Below are positions 16,406 to 24,397 of a stretch of 24,397 bases of DNA, piece after piece (position 1 is the first letter of the stretch; every line of letters starts with the position of its first letter). The stretch is from assembly GCA_005888525.1 (NCBI GenBank), contig VBAB01000070.1, positions 1 through 24,397 of the forward strand, written 5' to 3'. Origin of the DNA: Alphaproteobacteria bacterium (GTDB lineage Bacteria; Pseudomonadota; Alphaproteobacteria; Rhizobiales; Hyphomicrobiaceae). The position numbers and the translations under genes were made by a program. Under the pieces are notes generated by a model. The model did not search any database. It had not been told where the DNA came from and saw only the letters and a program-made list of their open reading frames with translations.

Positions 16406-16981
16406 ATGAGCCAGGAAACCCTCGAGCTGCTGTTGCAGCGCCGGTCGACCAAGGCGGCCATGCTCGGCGATCCCGGACCCAGCCCCCAGCAGCTCGAGAC
16501 GATATTGACGGCGGCGGCGCGCGTGCCGGACCACAAAAAGCTCGAGCCCTGGCGCTTCATCGTCTTCGAAGGCGACGCGCGGGGTACCTTCGGCCGGGTG
16601 CTCCTGAAGGCGTGCCTCGCCGAGGACAAGGAGACGCCCTCGGCCGCGCGACTCGAGACGGAGCGCACGCGCCTCTTGCGGGCACCGACAGTGGTCGCCG
16701 TCATCTCGCGCGTGACGCCCAATCCCGGTGCTCCCGAGTGGGAGCAGATCCTCTCCTGCGGGGCCGCCTGCTTCAATCTTTGCCTGGCCGCCAATGCGCT
16801 GGGCTTCGGCACCTGCTGGATCACGGAGTGGTATTCCTACAGCCCAGCCGTGCGCGCCGGCCTGAGGCTCGCCGCCAACGAGCGGATGGCCGGGTTCGTC
16901 TACATCGGCACGGCCAAGGAGGGGCAGCCCGATCGCGAGCGCCCCCACCTCGCCAAGATCGTGACCCGTTGGACGGGCTGA
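16406..16981 (+). CDS. Nitroreductase, YdjA-like
   Basis: LLLQRRST, AARVPDHKKLEPWRFIVF, and ANALGFGTCWITEW motifs. Confidence 0.9.
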   Translation: MSQETLELLLQRRSTKAAMLGDPGPSPQQLETILTAAARVPDHKKLEPWRFIVFEGDARGTFGRVLLKACLAEDKETPSAARLETERTRLLRAPTVVAVISRVTPNPGAPEWEQILSCGAACFNLCLAANALGFGTCWITEWYSYSPAVRAGLRLAANERMAGFVYIGTAKEGQPDRERPHLAKIVTRWTG

Positions 16982-17003
16982 GGGCAGGGAAAGGAGAACA
17001 CCA

Positions 17004-17654
17004 GTGTTTTACGAGACGATCGAGAACAAGCACGGCCTCAAGCACGATCCCTTCAAGGCGCTCGTGGTGCCGAGGCCCATCGGCTGGATATCGACCGTCA
17101 GCCGCGACGGAATCTGCAATATCGGCCCTTACAGCTTCTTCAACGCCGTCGGCGAGAAGCCGCACTACGTGATGTTCAGCTCCTCGGGGCGCAAGGACTC
17201 GCTCAAGAACATCGAGGAGACGGGCGAGTTCACCTGCTCGCTCGCCACCTGGGATCTGCGCCACAACATGAACATGACGTCGGCGTCCGTGCCTTACGGC
17301 GTCGACGAGTTCCCGATCGGCGATCTCACCGCCGCCGCCTGCCGCCTCGTCAAGGCGCCGCGCGTCAAGGAAAGTCCCGCGGCTTTCGAGTGCAAGCATT
17401 GGAAGACGATCGAGCTGCCGCCGCTGCATCCGGGCGGCGAGCCGCGCAATTGGGTGGTGTTCGGGCAAGTCATCGGCATCCACATCGACGACCGCTTCGT
17501 CAAGGACGGCATGGTCGATACCGGCGCTATGCGGCCGATCGCACGCCTGGGCTACATGGAGTACGCCGTGGTCACGCCGGAGACGGTGTTCGCGATCGAC
17601 CGCCCCTCGGTCGAGGAGGCCATGGCCAAGGTGCGCGTCAAGGCGGCAGAATAG
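17004..17654 (+). CDS. Flavin reductase family protein (RutF/DIM6-like)
   Basis: AAGGAG RBS with GTG start; PFKALVVPRPIGWISTVS, NIGPYSFFNAV, KDSLKNIEETGEF, and APRVKESPAAFECK. Confidence 0.9.
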   Translation: MFYETIENKHGLKHDPFKALVVPRPIGWISTVSRDGICNIGPYSFFNAVGEKPHYVMFSSSGRKDSLKNIEETGEFTCSLATWDLRHNMNMTSASVPYGVDEFPIGDLTAAACRLVKAPRVKESPAAFECKHWKTIELPPLHPGGEPRNWVVFGQVIGIHIDDRFVKDGMVDTGAMRPIARLGYMEYAVVTPETVFAIDRPSVEEAMAKVRVKAAE

Positions 17655-17883
17655 TTGCCGCCACACTACAGGCGGGCGCTTCCTCGATCGCCTGAGCCCC
17701 AACGACTGCCGGAAGGCGCCAAAGGCGGCCCCCGAAACTGGGATTTGGTGTCCGGCCGAGCGCCGCGCGGGCAAATTTTCCATTGCGCGGCCTACGGCTT
17801 GCCGAAGTCGCTCGAGATTCCTACTCTGCTGTCAGAGGGTTACTCGAGGGAATTCGGGCTCGTTCCGCTTAAGCAAGGTCTAG

Positions 17884-19167
17884 ATGGCAGACTCCGGTAG
17901 CAGCCGACGTGTCGTGGTGACCGGCGTCGGCGTCGTAACCTCGATCGGCCACACCGTCGGCGATTTCTGGGAGGCCATGCAGCAGGGCAAATCGGGCGTG
18001 GGCCCGATCGAGCGCTTCTTCCAGAACGACCCGCACTTCCTCCTTCCCGGCCAGATCGAGAACTTCGATCTGCGGATACTGATAGCCGCCCAGATCAAGG
18101 GGTTCGATTACAAAGCCCGCCTGCGGCACTCCAAGCGCGACAAGATCATTCTCTTCGCCGACCGCTACAGCTTGTTTGCGGCGGCTGCGGCCGATGAGGC
18201 CATAAAGCAGTCGGGTCTCGAGATTCCATTCAAGGAACCCTATCGCGCCGCCTCCGTTGTCGGCACCGCCGAGGGCGGCATCTCGAATCTCGAGATCGCC
18301 TATCGGCATATCTTCGAGCTCAAGCAGCCTTCCAGCCACCCACTGACGCTCGTGCGGTTCATCGGCTCGTCCGCCGCCGCGCATATCGGCATCGAGTGCG
18401 GCGTCAAAGGGCCGACGTTCGGGGTCTGCAGCGCCTGCGCGTCGGGCGCGCATGCCATCAAGCAGGGCCTCGATTTCATCCGCAACGGGCTCGTCGACGT
18501 GGCCATCGTCGGCGCCTCGGAGGCTCCCCACACCTACGGCACCATGCGGGCGTGGCAGGCGACGAACCTCCTGTCGCCGGACGGCATTTTCCCATTTGCC
18601 AGGAAACGCAACGGCACCGTGTTGGCCGAGGGAGCCGGCATACTCGTGCTCGAATCGATGCACCACGCCAAGGCGCGCGGCGCAAACATTCTCGCCGAGC
18701 TCTGCGGTGCGGGATTGACATCGGACGACACCGACATGGTCCACCCCGACGTCGACGGTGCCAGCGAGGCCATGCGGCTCGCGCTCCAGGATGCGCAGAT
18801 TGCCCCCACCGACATCGATTACGTGAATGCGCACGGCACGGCCGTAGCCGAGAGCGATCGCATCGAGACGAGCGCGATCAAGAAGGCGTTCGGCAAGCAC
18901 GTCGCCAGCCTCTCGGTGTCCTCGACGAAGTCGATGTATGGCCATCCCCTGGGTGCGAGCGGCAGCATTGGAGCCGTCGTCTGCATCAAGGCCATGCAGG
19001 AGGGCTGGATCCCACCGACGCTGGGGCTGGACGAGGCGGACCCCGAGTGCGACCTCGACTACACCGCCAACATCGGCCGGTCGAGGAAGCTCACCTACAC
19101 GATGGCCAACTCGTTCGCCTTCACCGGCCTGAACGCCGCCCTCGTCTTCGGCCCCCCGCCGGCGTAG
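17884..19167 (+). CDS. Beta-ketoacyl-ACP synthase, divergent FabF/NodE-like paralogue
   Basis: RRVVVTGVG, catalytic Cys in SACASG, His in YVNAHGT, and SSTKSMYGH: the Cys-His-His triad is intact. Confidence 0.88.
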   Translation: MADSGSSRRVVVTGVGVVTSIGHTVGDFWEAMQQGKSGVGPIERFFQNDPHFLLPGQIENFDLRILIAAQIKGFDYKARLRHSKRDKIILFADRYSLFAAAAADEAIKQSGLEIPFKEPYRAASVVGTAEGGISNLEIAYRHIFELKQPSSHPLTLVRFIGSSAAAHIGIECGVKGPTFGVCSACASGAHAIKQGLDFIRNGLVDVAIVGASEAPHTYGTMRAWQATNLLSPDGIFPFARKRNGTVLAEGAGILVLESMHHAKARGANILAELCGAGLTSDDTDMVHPDVDGASEAMRLALQDAQIAPTDIDYVNAHGTAVAESDRIETSAIKKAFGKHVASLSVSSTKSMYGHPLGASGSIGAVVCIKAMQEGWIPPTLGLDEADPECDLDYTANIGRSRKLTYTMANSFAFTGLNAALVFGPPPA

Positions 19168-19212
19168 AGTTTTTCCGGTTTGGATTGAACTGAGAATCAA
19201 TACGCCTCACGT

Positions 19213-19302
19213 GTCATCCCGGTGCTTGTCACCGGGATCCAGCCATCCACAAATGCGGGAGGGTGTTAATAGATGGATCCCGGGCACAAGGCCCGGGATG
19301 AC
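19213..19302. repeat. GTCAT...ATGAC REP-like doublet
   Basis: GTCATCCCGGTGcttgtCACCGGGATCCAG ... ATGGATCCCGGGcacaagGCCCGGGATGAC, between convergent genes. Confidence 0.85.
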
Positions 19303-19309
19303 AACGCCT

Positions 19310-20191
19310 TCACCCCTGCCCGACGGCCTTGGCGCGGGCCAGGATGCGCTCGGCACGGGCAATGTGGGCGCGATCCACCATTTGGCCCCTGATGCCGAGC
19401 ACGCCGGCTTGCGGGTTGTCGGCGAATGCCCTCACGATCTCCTCGCTGACCGCAACCTGCTCCGCCGTCGGCGTGAAGACCTCGTTGATGACCTCCACCT
19501 GGTTCGGGTGGATGGCCATCTTGCCCGTGAACCCGTCGCGCACCGCCTCCGTCGCCTCGGCGCGCAGACCAGCGGCGTCGCGGAAATTCACGAACACGGT
19601 GTCGATCGGCTGCGTCGAAGCCGCCGCCGCCGTGAACAGACACAGATTGCGGGCCAGCTGATAGGGGGCCGTCCACCTGCCGTCCGCCTCGCGATTCGTG
19701 TGCGCACCGACGACACCGGATAGATCCTCCGGACCCCAGGTCAGGCCCTCCAGCCGCGAGCTGGACCCGACGTAGGTATGCATCTGCAAGAGCGAGATCG
19801 GCACCTCGGTCGCCAGGGCGATGATGCGTGTTGCACCCTTCTCTGCGCCGGCGCGCTCCTCGGCATGGTTGAGCGCGATCGACAGCGTGTGCACGTCCCC
19901 GCCCGAGCGCGCCTTGGGCAGCAGCACGCCGTCCGGCCGGCTGCCTATGACGCCGGCCAGGTCCTCTTCCCAATGCGGCGTGTCGAGTGCATTGATGCGC
20001 ACGTAGAGCCGCGGCCGCTTCTCCAGCGCCCGCGTGGCCGCGATGTACTGGGCGGCGATTCCGCGCGCGGCGGCCTTGCGCGGCGTACTCACCGCATCCT
20101 CCAGGTCGAGGATCAGCGCGTCCGCGCCGCAGCCCACGCCCTTGCCCAGCTTCCTTTCGTCGTCGGCGGGAATGAACAGCAAGGATCGCAT
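19310..20191 (-). CDS. CitE / malyl-CoA lyase-like protein (HpcH/HpaI aldolase-citrate lyase family)
   Basis: MRSLLFIPAD, ADALILDLEDAV, YVRINAL, LLPKA, TWGPEDLS, GFTGKMAIHPNQV and MVDRAH motifs. Confidence 0.9.
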   Translation of the reverse strand: MRSLLFIPADDERKLGKGVGCGADALILDLEDAVSTPRKAAARGIAAQYIAATRALEKRPRLYVRINALDTPHWEEDLAGVIGSRPDGVLLPKARSGGDVHTLSIALNHAEERAGAEKGATRIIALATEVPISLLQMHTYVGSSSRLEGLTWGPEDLSGVVGAHTNREADGRWTAPYQLARNLCLFTAAAASTQPIDTVFVNFRDAAGLRAEATEAVRDGFTGKMAIHPNQVEVINEVFTPTAEQVAVSEEIVRAFADNPQAGVLGIRGQMVDRAHIARAERILARAKAVGQG

Positions 20192-20196
20192 GGGCT

Positions 20197-20652
20197 TCAC
20201 ACCTTCGGCCGCTTGCGCATCATCGCCTGGCGCTTGCATTCGGCGACCATCTCGCCCTTCTGGTTGAACGCCTTGTGCAGGAACTCGACAATGCCGGCGT
20301 CGGGGCGCGACTTGGTTTCCCGCTTGGTCAGCACCTCCGTCGTGAAGTGCAGCGTGTCGCCGTGGAACACAGGCTTGGGGAACCTCACATCGGTCATGCC
20401 GAGATTGCCCACCGTGGTACCGATCGTGGTGTCGCCGACCGAGACGCCGATCATGACGCCCAGCGTGAAAATGCTGTTCACCAGCGGCTTGCCCCACTCG
20501 CTCTTGGCAGCAAAGTCGTGGTCGATGTGCAGCGGCTGCGGGTTGTGCGTGAGGCAGGAGAACAGCGTGTTGTCCATCTCCGTGACGGTGCGGCGCAGCG
20601 CATGCTCGAACTTGCGCCCGACCTCGAACTCCTCCAGATACAGCCCTTGCAT
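20197..20652 (-). CDS. MaoC-family (hotdog) enoyl-CoA hydratase/dehydratase
   Basis: GLYLEEFEVG, RTVTEMDN, THNPQPLHID, and VRFPKPVFHGDTL; 5 nt upstream of the citE-like start. Confidence 0.9.
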   Translation of the reverse strand: MQGLYLEEFEVGRKFEHALRRTVTEMDNTLFSCLTHNPQPLHIDHDFAAKSEWGKPLVNSIFTLGVMIGVSVGDTTIGTTVGNLGMTDVRFPKPVFHGDTLHFTTEVLTKRETKSRPDAGIVEFLHKAFNQKGEMVAECKRQAMMRKRPKV

Positions 20653-20729
20653 GATGGCTCCCATCCACCGTCCGCGCTATCGCGCGCTCTAGCCGTTCGC
20701 GCGAACGGATGGGCGCGCCTCTTGTCACA

Positions 20730-20896
20730 CTAGTGTGGTGGTTCAGTAGTTCCCTCACCGTTGCCGCGAGGTTGCCCAGGGAACTTCTGAACCAAAACCA
20801 CACTAGAATCATAAGAGTCTAGTGTCCTTTCGAATCCGAAGTTCGCAAATACGGAATGCCGCGATGTGTGTGCGAACTTCGGATTCGGGACACTAG
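20730..20896. mobile_element. Tandem pair of CTAG-ended MITE-like inverted-repeat elements
   Basis: 20730-20806: CTAGTGTGGTGGTTCAGTAGTTCCCT...AGGGAACTTCTGAACCAAAACCACACTAG. 20819-20896: CTAGTGTCCTTTCGAATCCGAAGTTCGCA...TGCGAACTTCGGATTCGGGACACTAG. Spacer of 12 bp. Confidence 0.65.
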
Positions 20897-20927
20897 CGTA
20901 GTCTGCCCACGGTCACCAGGAAGCGCT

Positions 20928-22544
20928 ATGCACGAAGAAATCTTCGACTTCATCGTCACGGGTGCGGGCTCCGCCGGTTGCGCGGTGGCGGCGCGCCTTT
21001 CGGAGTCGGGCCGCTACCGCGTGCTCCTGCTCGAGGCCGGGCGGCGCGACAGTCATCCCTGGATTCACGTTCCGATCGGCTACCACAAGCTCTACACGCA
21101 CCCAGTCTACAACTGGAAGTTCGAGAGCGAGCCCGTCGCCGGCCTCAACGGCCGCACGTCCTACCAGCCGCGCGGCAAGATGCTCGGCGGCACCAGCTCG
21201 CTCAACGGCATGGTCTACATGCGCGGCACGCCCGCCGACTACGACGGCTGGCGCCAGCGCGGCTGCGAGGGCTGGGATTACTCGAGCGTGCTGCCTTACT
21301 TCCGCAAGGCCGAGGACCAGGAGCGAGGCGAGAACGAGTTCCACGGCGTCGGCGGGCCGCTCAAGGTGAGCGACAGCCGCTTTCGCAGCGAGATCATCGA
21401 TGCCGTCATCGAGGCGGCCATCCAGGCGGGCGTCCCCCGCAATGCGGACTTCAACGGAGCGAGCCAGGAGGGCGTCGGCTATTACCAGTCGACCGTCGGC
21501 AACGGCCGGCGGTGGAGCACCGCCGTCGCCTATCTGAAGCCCGCGCGGGCGAGGAAGAACCTGGTCGTCACGCCGAACGCGCACGCGACCCGCATCCTCA
21601 TCGAGGACGGCCGCGCCGTCGGCGTCGAATACCGGACGCCGAACGGCCTCGAGACTGCCCGCGCTAAGGCTGAGGTCATCGTCTCGGGCGGCGTCTACGG
21701 CTCGCCCCAGCTGTTGCTGCTATCGGGCATCGGGCCGGCCTCGCATCTGAACGAGATGGGCGTGGCCGTGGTGCGCGACTTGCCCGCGGTCGGCGCCAAC
21801 CTGCACGACCATTTCAACTCCTACGTCGCCTGGCGGGCGACCAAGGCGGGCACGCTCAACGATCTCGCCCTCTCGCCCATGCGCAAGATCGCCGCCGGCG
21901 TCCAGTATGCGTTCGGGCGCAGCGGGCCGCTCGCCGGCATCAGCACGCTGGCCGGCATCTTGGCGCGGTCGGACCCGCGCTTCGATCGGCCCGACCTGCA
22001 GATGAACATCTTCCTGTGGTCGATCGAAAAGCGCGACCGCAACGGGGTCTATGCCCACAAGTGGCCGGGGTTCTCGATCTCGCCGGTCCACCTGAGACCC
22101 GAGGGGCGAGGCAGGCTCAGCCTCAAGAGCCCAGACCCATTGAGCCCGCCGAAGATCGAGTTCAAATTCCTCGAGACGACCTACGACGTGGACGCGATGC
22201 TGTACGGCATGCGGCTGGCGAGGAGGATCGCTGCGCAGCCGGCACTCGAGCCCTACATCGCGGCGGAGGTGCAGCCGGGACCGGCCGTAGCAACCGACGA
22301 GGCGCTGGTCGAGGATTTACGCAACCGGGGCGTCTCCAATCTCCATCCCGTGGGCACGTGCCGCATGGGGCATGGACCCGACGCTGTGGTCGATCCACGG
22401 CTGCGGGTGCATGGCCTGCGGGGCCTGCGGGTGATGGACGCTTCGATCATGCCGCAAGTGGTCGGCGGCAACACCAACGCACCTTCGATCATGATCGGCG
22501 AAAAGGGGGCGGCGATGATCCTCGAGGACGCGCAGCGAGCCTGA
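20928..22544 (+). CDS. GMC-family oxidoreductase (choline dehydrogenase-like)
   Basis: [60 protein letters not shown], and [13 protein letters not shown]. Confidence 0.93.
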   Translation: MHEEIFDFIVTGAGSAGCAVAARLSESGRYRVLLLEAGRRDSHPWIHVPIGYHKLYTHPVYNWKFESEPVAGLNGRTSYQPRGKMLGGTSSLNGMVYMRGTPADYDGWRQRGCEGWDYSSVLPYFRKAEDQERGENEFHGVGGPLKVSDSRFRSEIIDAVIEAAIQAGVPRNADFNGASQEGVGYYQSTVGNGRRWSTAVAYLKPARARKNLVVTPNAHATRILIEDGRAVGVEYRTPNGLETARAKAEVIVSGGVYGSPQLLLLSGIGPASHLNEMGVAVVRDLPAVGANLHDHFNSYVAWRATKAGTLNDLALSPMRKIAAGVQYAFGRSGPLAGISTLAGILARSDPRFDRPDLQMNIFLWSIEKRDRNGVYAHKWPGFSISPVHLRPEGRGRLSLKSPDPLSPPKIEFKFLETTYDVDAMLYGMRLARRIAAQPALEPYIAAEVQPGPAVATDEALVEDLRNRGVSNLHPVGTCRMGHGPDAVVDPRLRVHGLRGLRVMDASIMPQVVGGNTNAPSIMIGEKGAAMILEDAQRA

Positions 22545-22557
22545 CTGCCGGACGGCC

Positions 22558-23343
22558 TCAGTACCAGAACTGCTCCGACAGGATGCGCTCGTCCAGGCTG
22601 TGGCCGGGATCGAACATCATGAAGAGGTCGATGTGGCTCGCCTGCATGACGTCGACGCGCGTCACCGACCGCGTCTCCGCGTGGTCGGCGACCGCGCTCA
22701 CCGGGCGCTTGTCCGGCTCCAGCACCTCGAAGCGGATCTTGGCCCCGTTGGGCAGCAGCGCGCCGCGCCAGCGCCTGGGCCGGAACGGGCTGATCGGGGT
22801 CAACGTCAGCAAAGGTGCGTTGATGGGCAGGATGGGGCCGTGGGCCGAGAGGTTGTAGGCGGTGGAGCCGGCCGGCGTCGCCACCAGCACGCCGTCGCAG
22901 ATCAGCTCGCCCAGCCGCACCCGGTCGTCGATGGAGATCCTGATCTTCGCCGCCTGGTAGATCTGGCGGAAGAGCGATACCTCGTTGATGGCCAGCGCCT
23001 CGTGCTCGCGCCCCTCCGCGTCGACGGCGCGCATGGCGAGCGGATGGATGACGTTGACCTCGGCGCGGGCGAGCCGGCCGCGCAGATCGTCCTCGCTGTA
23101 GTCGTTCATCAGGAAGCCGGTCGAGCCGCGGTTCATGCCGTAGATCGGCACGCGGTCGTTGAGGTGGCGGTGCAGCGTCTGCAGCATCAGCCCGTCGCCC
23201 CCCAGCGCGACGATGGCTTCGGCCTTCCTGGGCTCCACGTTGCCATAGGCCTTCGCCAGCCGCTCGCGCGCCTCCTGGGCCTCGGGCACGTCGCTGGCGA
23301 CGAACGCGATCTTCTCGAAATTTCGCGCTATGCTCTGCATCAC
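22558..23343 (-). CDS. nadK: NAD kinase
   Basis: [50 protein letters not shown]. Confidence 0.95.
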   Translation of the reverse strand: MMQSIARNFEKIAFVASDVPEAQEARERLAKAYGNVEPRKAEAIVALGGDGLMLQTLHRHLNDRVPIYGMNRGSTGFLMNDYSEDDLRGRLARAEVNVIHPLAMRAVDAEGREHEALAINEVSLFRQIYQAAKIRISIDDRVRLGELICDGVLVATPAGSTAYNLSAHGPILPINAPLLTLTPISPFRPRRWRGALLPNGAKIRFEVLEPDKRPVSAVADHAETRSVTRVDVMQASHIDLFMMFDPGHSLDERILSEQFWY

Positions 23344-23393
23344 CCCTCGCCTGTCGCGGGGGTCAGACCCCGTTATTCAGGAGGCTCGCTCAG

Positions 23394-23723
23394 TTGCGTG
23401 AAAACGACAAGCCCGTTCTGATCTATTCGACCTTTCCGTCCGCGGCCGAGGCGGAGCGGGTCGGGGGCGCCCTGGTGGACCAGGGGCTCGCCGCCTGTGT
23501 CAACATCTTTCCCGGCATGACGGCCATTTACGTCTGGGAGGGCAAGCGGCAGCGGGAAAGCGAGGCAGCGATGCTCGTCAAGACGCGCGCCGCCCTGGCA
23601 CCGCGCGTCATCGCCGAGGCGCGCAAGCTGCACCCTTACAGCAACCCGGCTTTGCTGGTCTTGCCCATCGAGGGCGGATCGGAGGACTTCCTGCGCTGGA
23701 TCGCCGAGCAGACCGCCGCCTGA
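23394..23723 (+). CDS. cutA: Divalent-cation tolerance protein CutA
   Basis: LVDQGLAACVNIFPGMTAIYVWEG, E.AMLVKT, LHPYSNP, FLRWI. Confidence 0.93.
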   Translation: MRENDKPVLIYSTFPSAAEAERVGGALVDQGLAACVNIFPGMTAIYVWEGKRQRESEAAMLVKTRAALAPRVIAEARKLHPYSNPALLVLPIEGGSEDFLRWIAEQTAA

Positions 23724-23837
23724 GGCCAATGCCTGGGCTGAGCCCGCCAGCCCAGTTACCGAACTCGACAGCCTTGCACCTGCGCCTCTTGCTACGACCC
23801 GCCCACCGCGGGCATTCTGCTGCTACATTCCGCGCCA

Positions 23838-23913
23838 GGTCCCGTAGCTCAACGGATAGAGCAGCGCGCTTCGAACGCGAAGGTTGCGGGTTCAAGTCCT
23901 GCCGGGACCGCCA
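23838..23913 (+). tRNA. tRNA-Arg, anticodon UCG
   Basis: Acceptor stem GGTCCCG/CGGGACC, D-arm GCTC-AACGGATA-GAGC, loop CT-TCG-AA with TCG at 23871-23873 (positions 34-36), T-arm GCGGG-TTCAAGT-CCTGC, discriminator G, encoded CCA; 76 nt. Confidence 0.93.
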
Positions 23914-24038
23914 AGATTTCGCAGCAGCATGCCGCCGGCGGCTGATGCCCAAGGCCTGGGCCATTTCGCGACGCTCGCTGCCGGAACGCTGCCACGGGCG
24001 GGTGCTGCGACTCGGACCGAACCGAGTGATCCGCACAC

Positions 24039-24397
24039 CTAATCGGGGATCAGACCGCCGTCGACGTTGTAGGATTGGCCCGTGATGTTGCGAGCCCCGG
24101 GCGATGCCAGGAATATGACCATGGCCGCGATGTCCTCGGGGTCGTTGGCGCGCTGCAGCGGGATGGCCTCGGCGCGGCGGCGCTCCATAGCCTCCAATGC
24201 GAGTCCCTCCTGCTGGGCACGAACCCGAAGATTGGCGTCGGAAAGGGCCGTGCGCGTCACGCCCGGGCAGATGGCATTGACGTTGATGTTGTGCCTGCCG
24301 AGCTGCTGGGCCGCCGTCTTCGTGAGGCTGATGACGGCTCCCTTGCTGGCGGCATAGGCAGCGTTCGACACGCCCGCGTAACCTTTGCCGGCAATCG
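24039..24397 (-). CDS. Short-chain dehydrogenase/reductase, C-terminal part (runs off the window end)
   Basis: YAASK (YxxxK), NINVNAICPG, PEDIAAMVIFLAS, ITGQSYNVDGG. Confidence 0.9.
   Translation of the reverse strand, partial: IAGKGYAGVSNAAYAASKGAVISLTKTAAQQLGRHNINVNAICPGVTRTALSDANLRVRAQQEGLALEAMERRRAEAIPLQRANDPEDIAAMVIFLASPGARNITGQSYNVDGGLIPD

Noticed and set aside
16289-16948. N-terminal 220 aa of the 888-aa vWA ORF
   Set aside because: It is the antisense of the nitroreductase; a proper signal peptide starts at 16288.
19165-19200. TAGAGTTTTTCCGGTTTGGATTGAAC as a remnant of a TAGAGC-type rhizobial repeat
   Set aside because: Only a vague half-match with no partner arm; too weak to call.
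19310-20812. 500-aa ORF suggesting a MaoC-CitE fusion or programmed frameshift
   Set aside because: The extension is an off-frame read through maoC with low-complexity sequence. maoC has its own TGA 5 nt before the citE ATG, and no slippery site was seen.
4169-20896. Repeats as a CRISPR array
   Set aside because: They are dispersed palindromic doublets, not regularly spaced direct repeats with unique spacers, and no cas genes are present.
23770-23837. Promoter for the tRNA (TTGCAC, GCTACA motifs)
   Set aside because: The -35/-10 spacing does not fit for either candidate pair.
23880-24038. tRNA as an integration site (attB/attL)
   Set aside because: No duplicate of the tRNA 3' end and no integrase in the window; an ordinary SDR gene follows.
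84-24357. Many long Arg/Ala/Gly-rich alternative-frame ORFs (e.g. 84-1052, 2957-4279, 7865-8968, 14171-16042, 17869-19200)
   Set aside because: They are shadow ORFs of real genes, expected at high GC, with no domain motifs.

Overview
GC-rich (roughly 65-68% by eye) alphaproteobacterial chromosome segment, Hyphomicrobiales/Hyphomicrobiaceae-like by gene content and repeat types (inference). The backbone is tungstate-type ABC genes (tupC partial, tupB), an orphan aapJ, a cupin / PAL-like NHL beta-propeller / LLM oxidoreductase cluster, a formyl-CoA-transferase-like gene with a signal-less SBP-fold gene upstream, a TauD-family dioxygenase, two exported Ig-like repeat proteins (one with a vWA domain), nitroreductase plus flavin reductase, an orphan NodE/FabF-like ketosynthase, a MaoC + CitE pair, a GMC oxidoreductase, NAD kinase, cutA, tRNA-Arg(UCG) and a partial SDR. 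Three lower-GC islets carry an FkbM methyltransferase, a small RNxxxH (HEPN-like) protein, and a secreted beta-rich protein plus a Tat-exported plant-NPC-like phospholipase C/phosphoesterase. Intergenic spaces hold several REP-type palindrome families, two of them with a second hairpin nested inside, and a tandem CTAG-ended MITE-like pair. No CRISPR array, integrase, transposase or rRNA was seen. The best leads are the orphan HEPN-like gene, the PAL-like/LLM cluster, the signal-peptide-less SBP coupled to frc, the rare tRNA-Arg(UCG) and the nested repeats. None was checked against databases.
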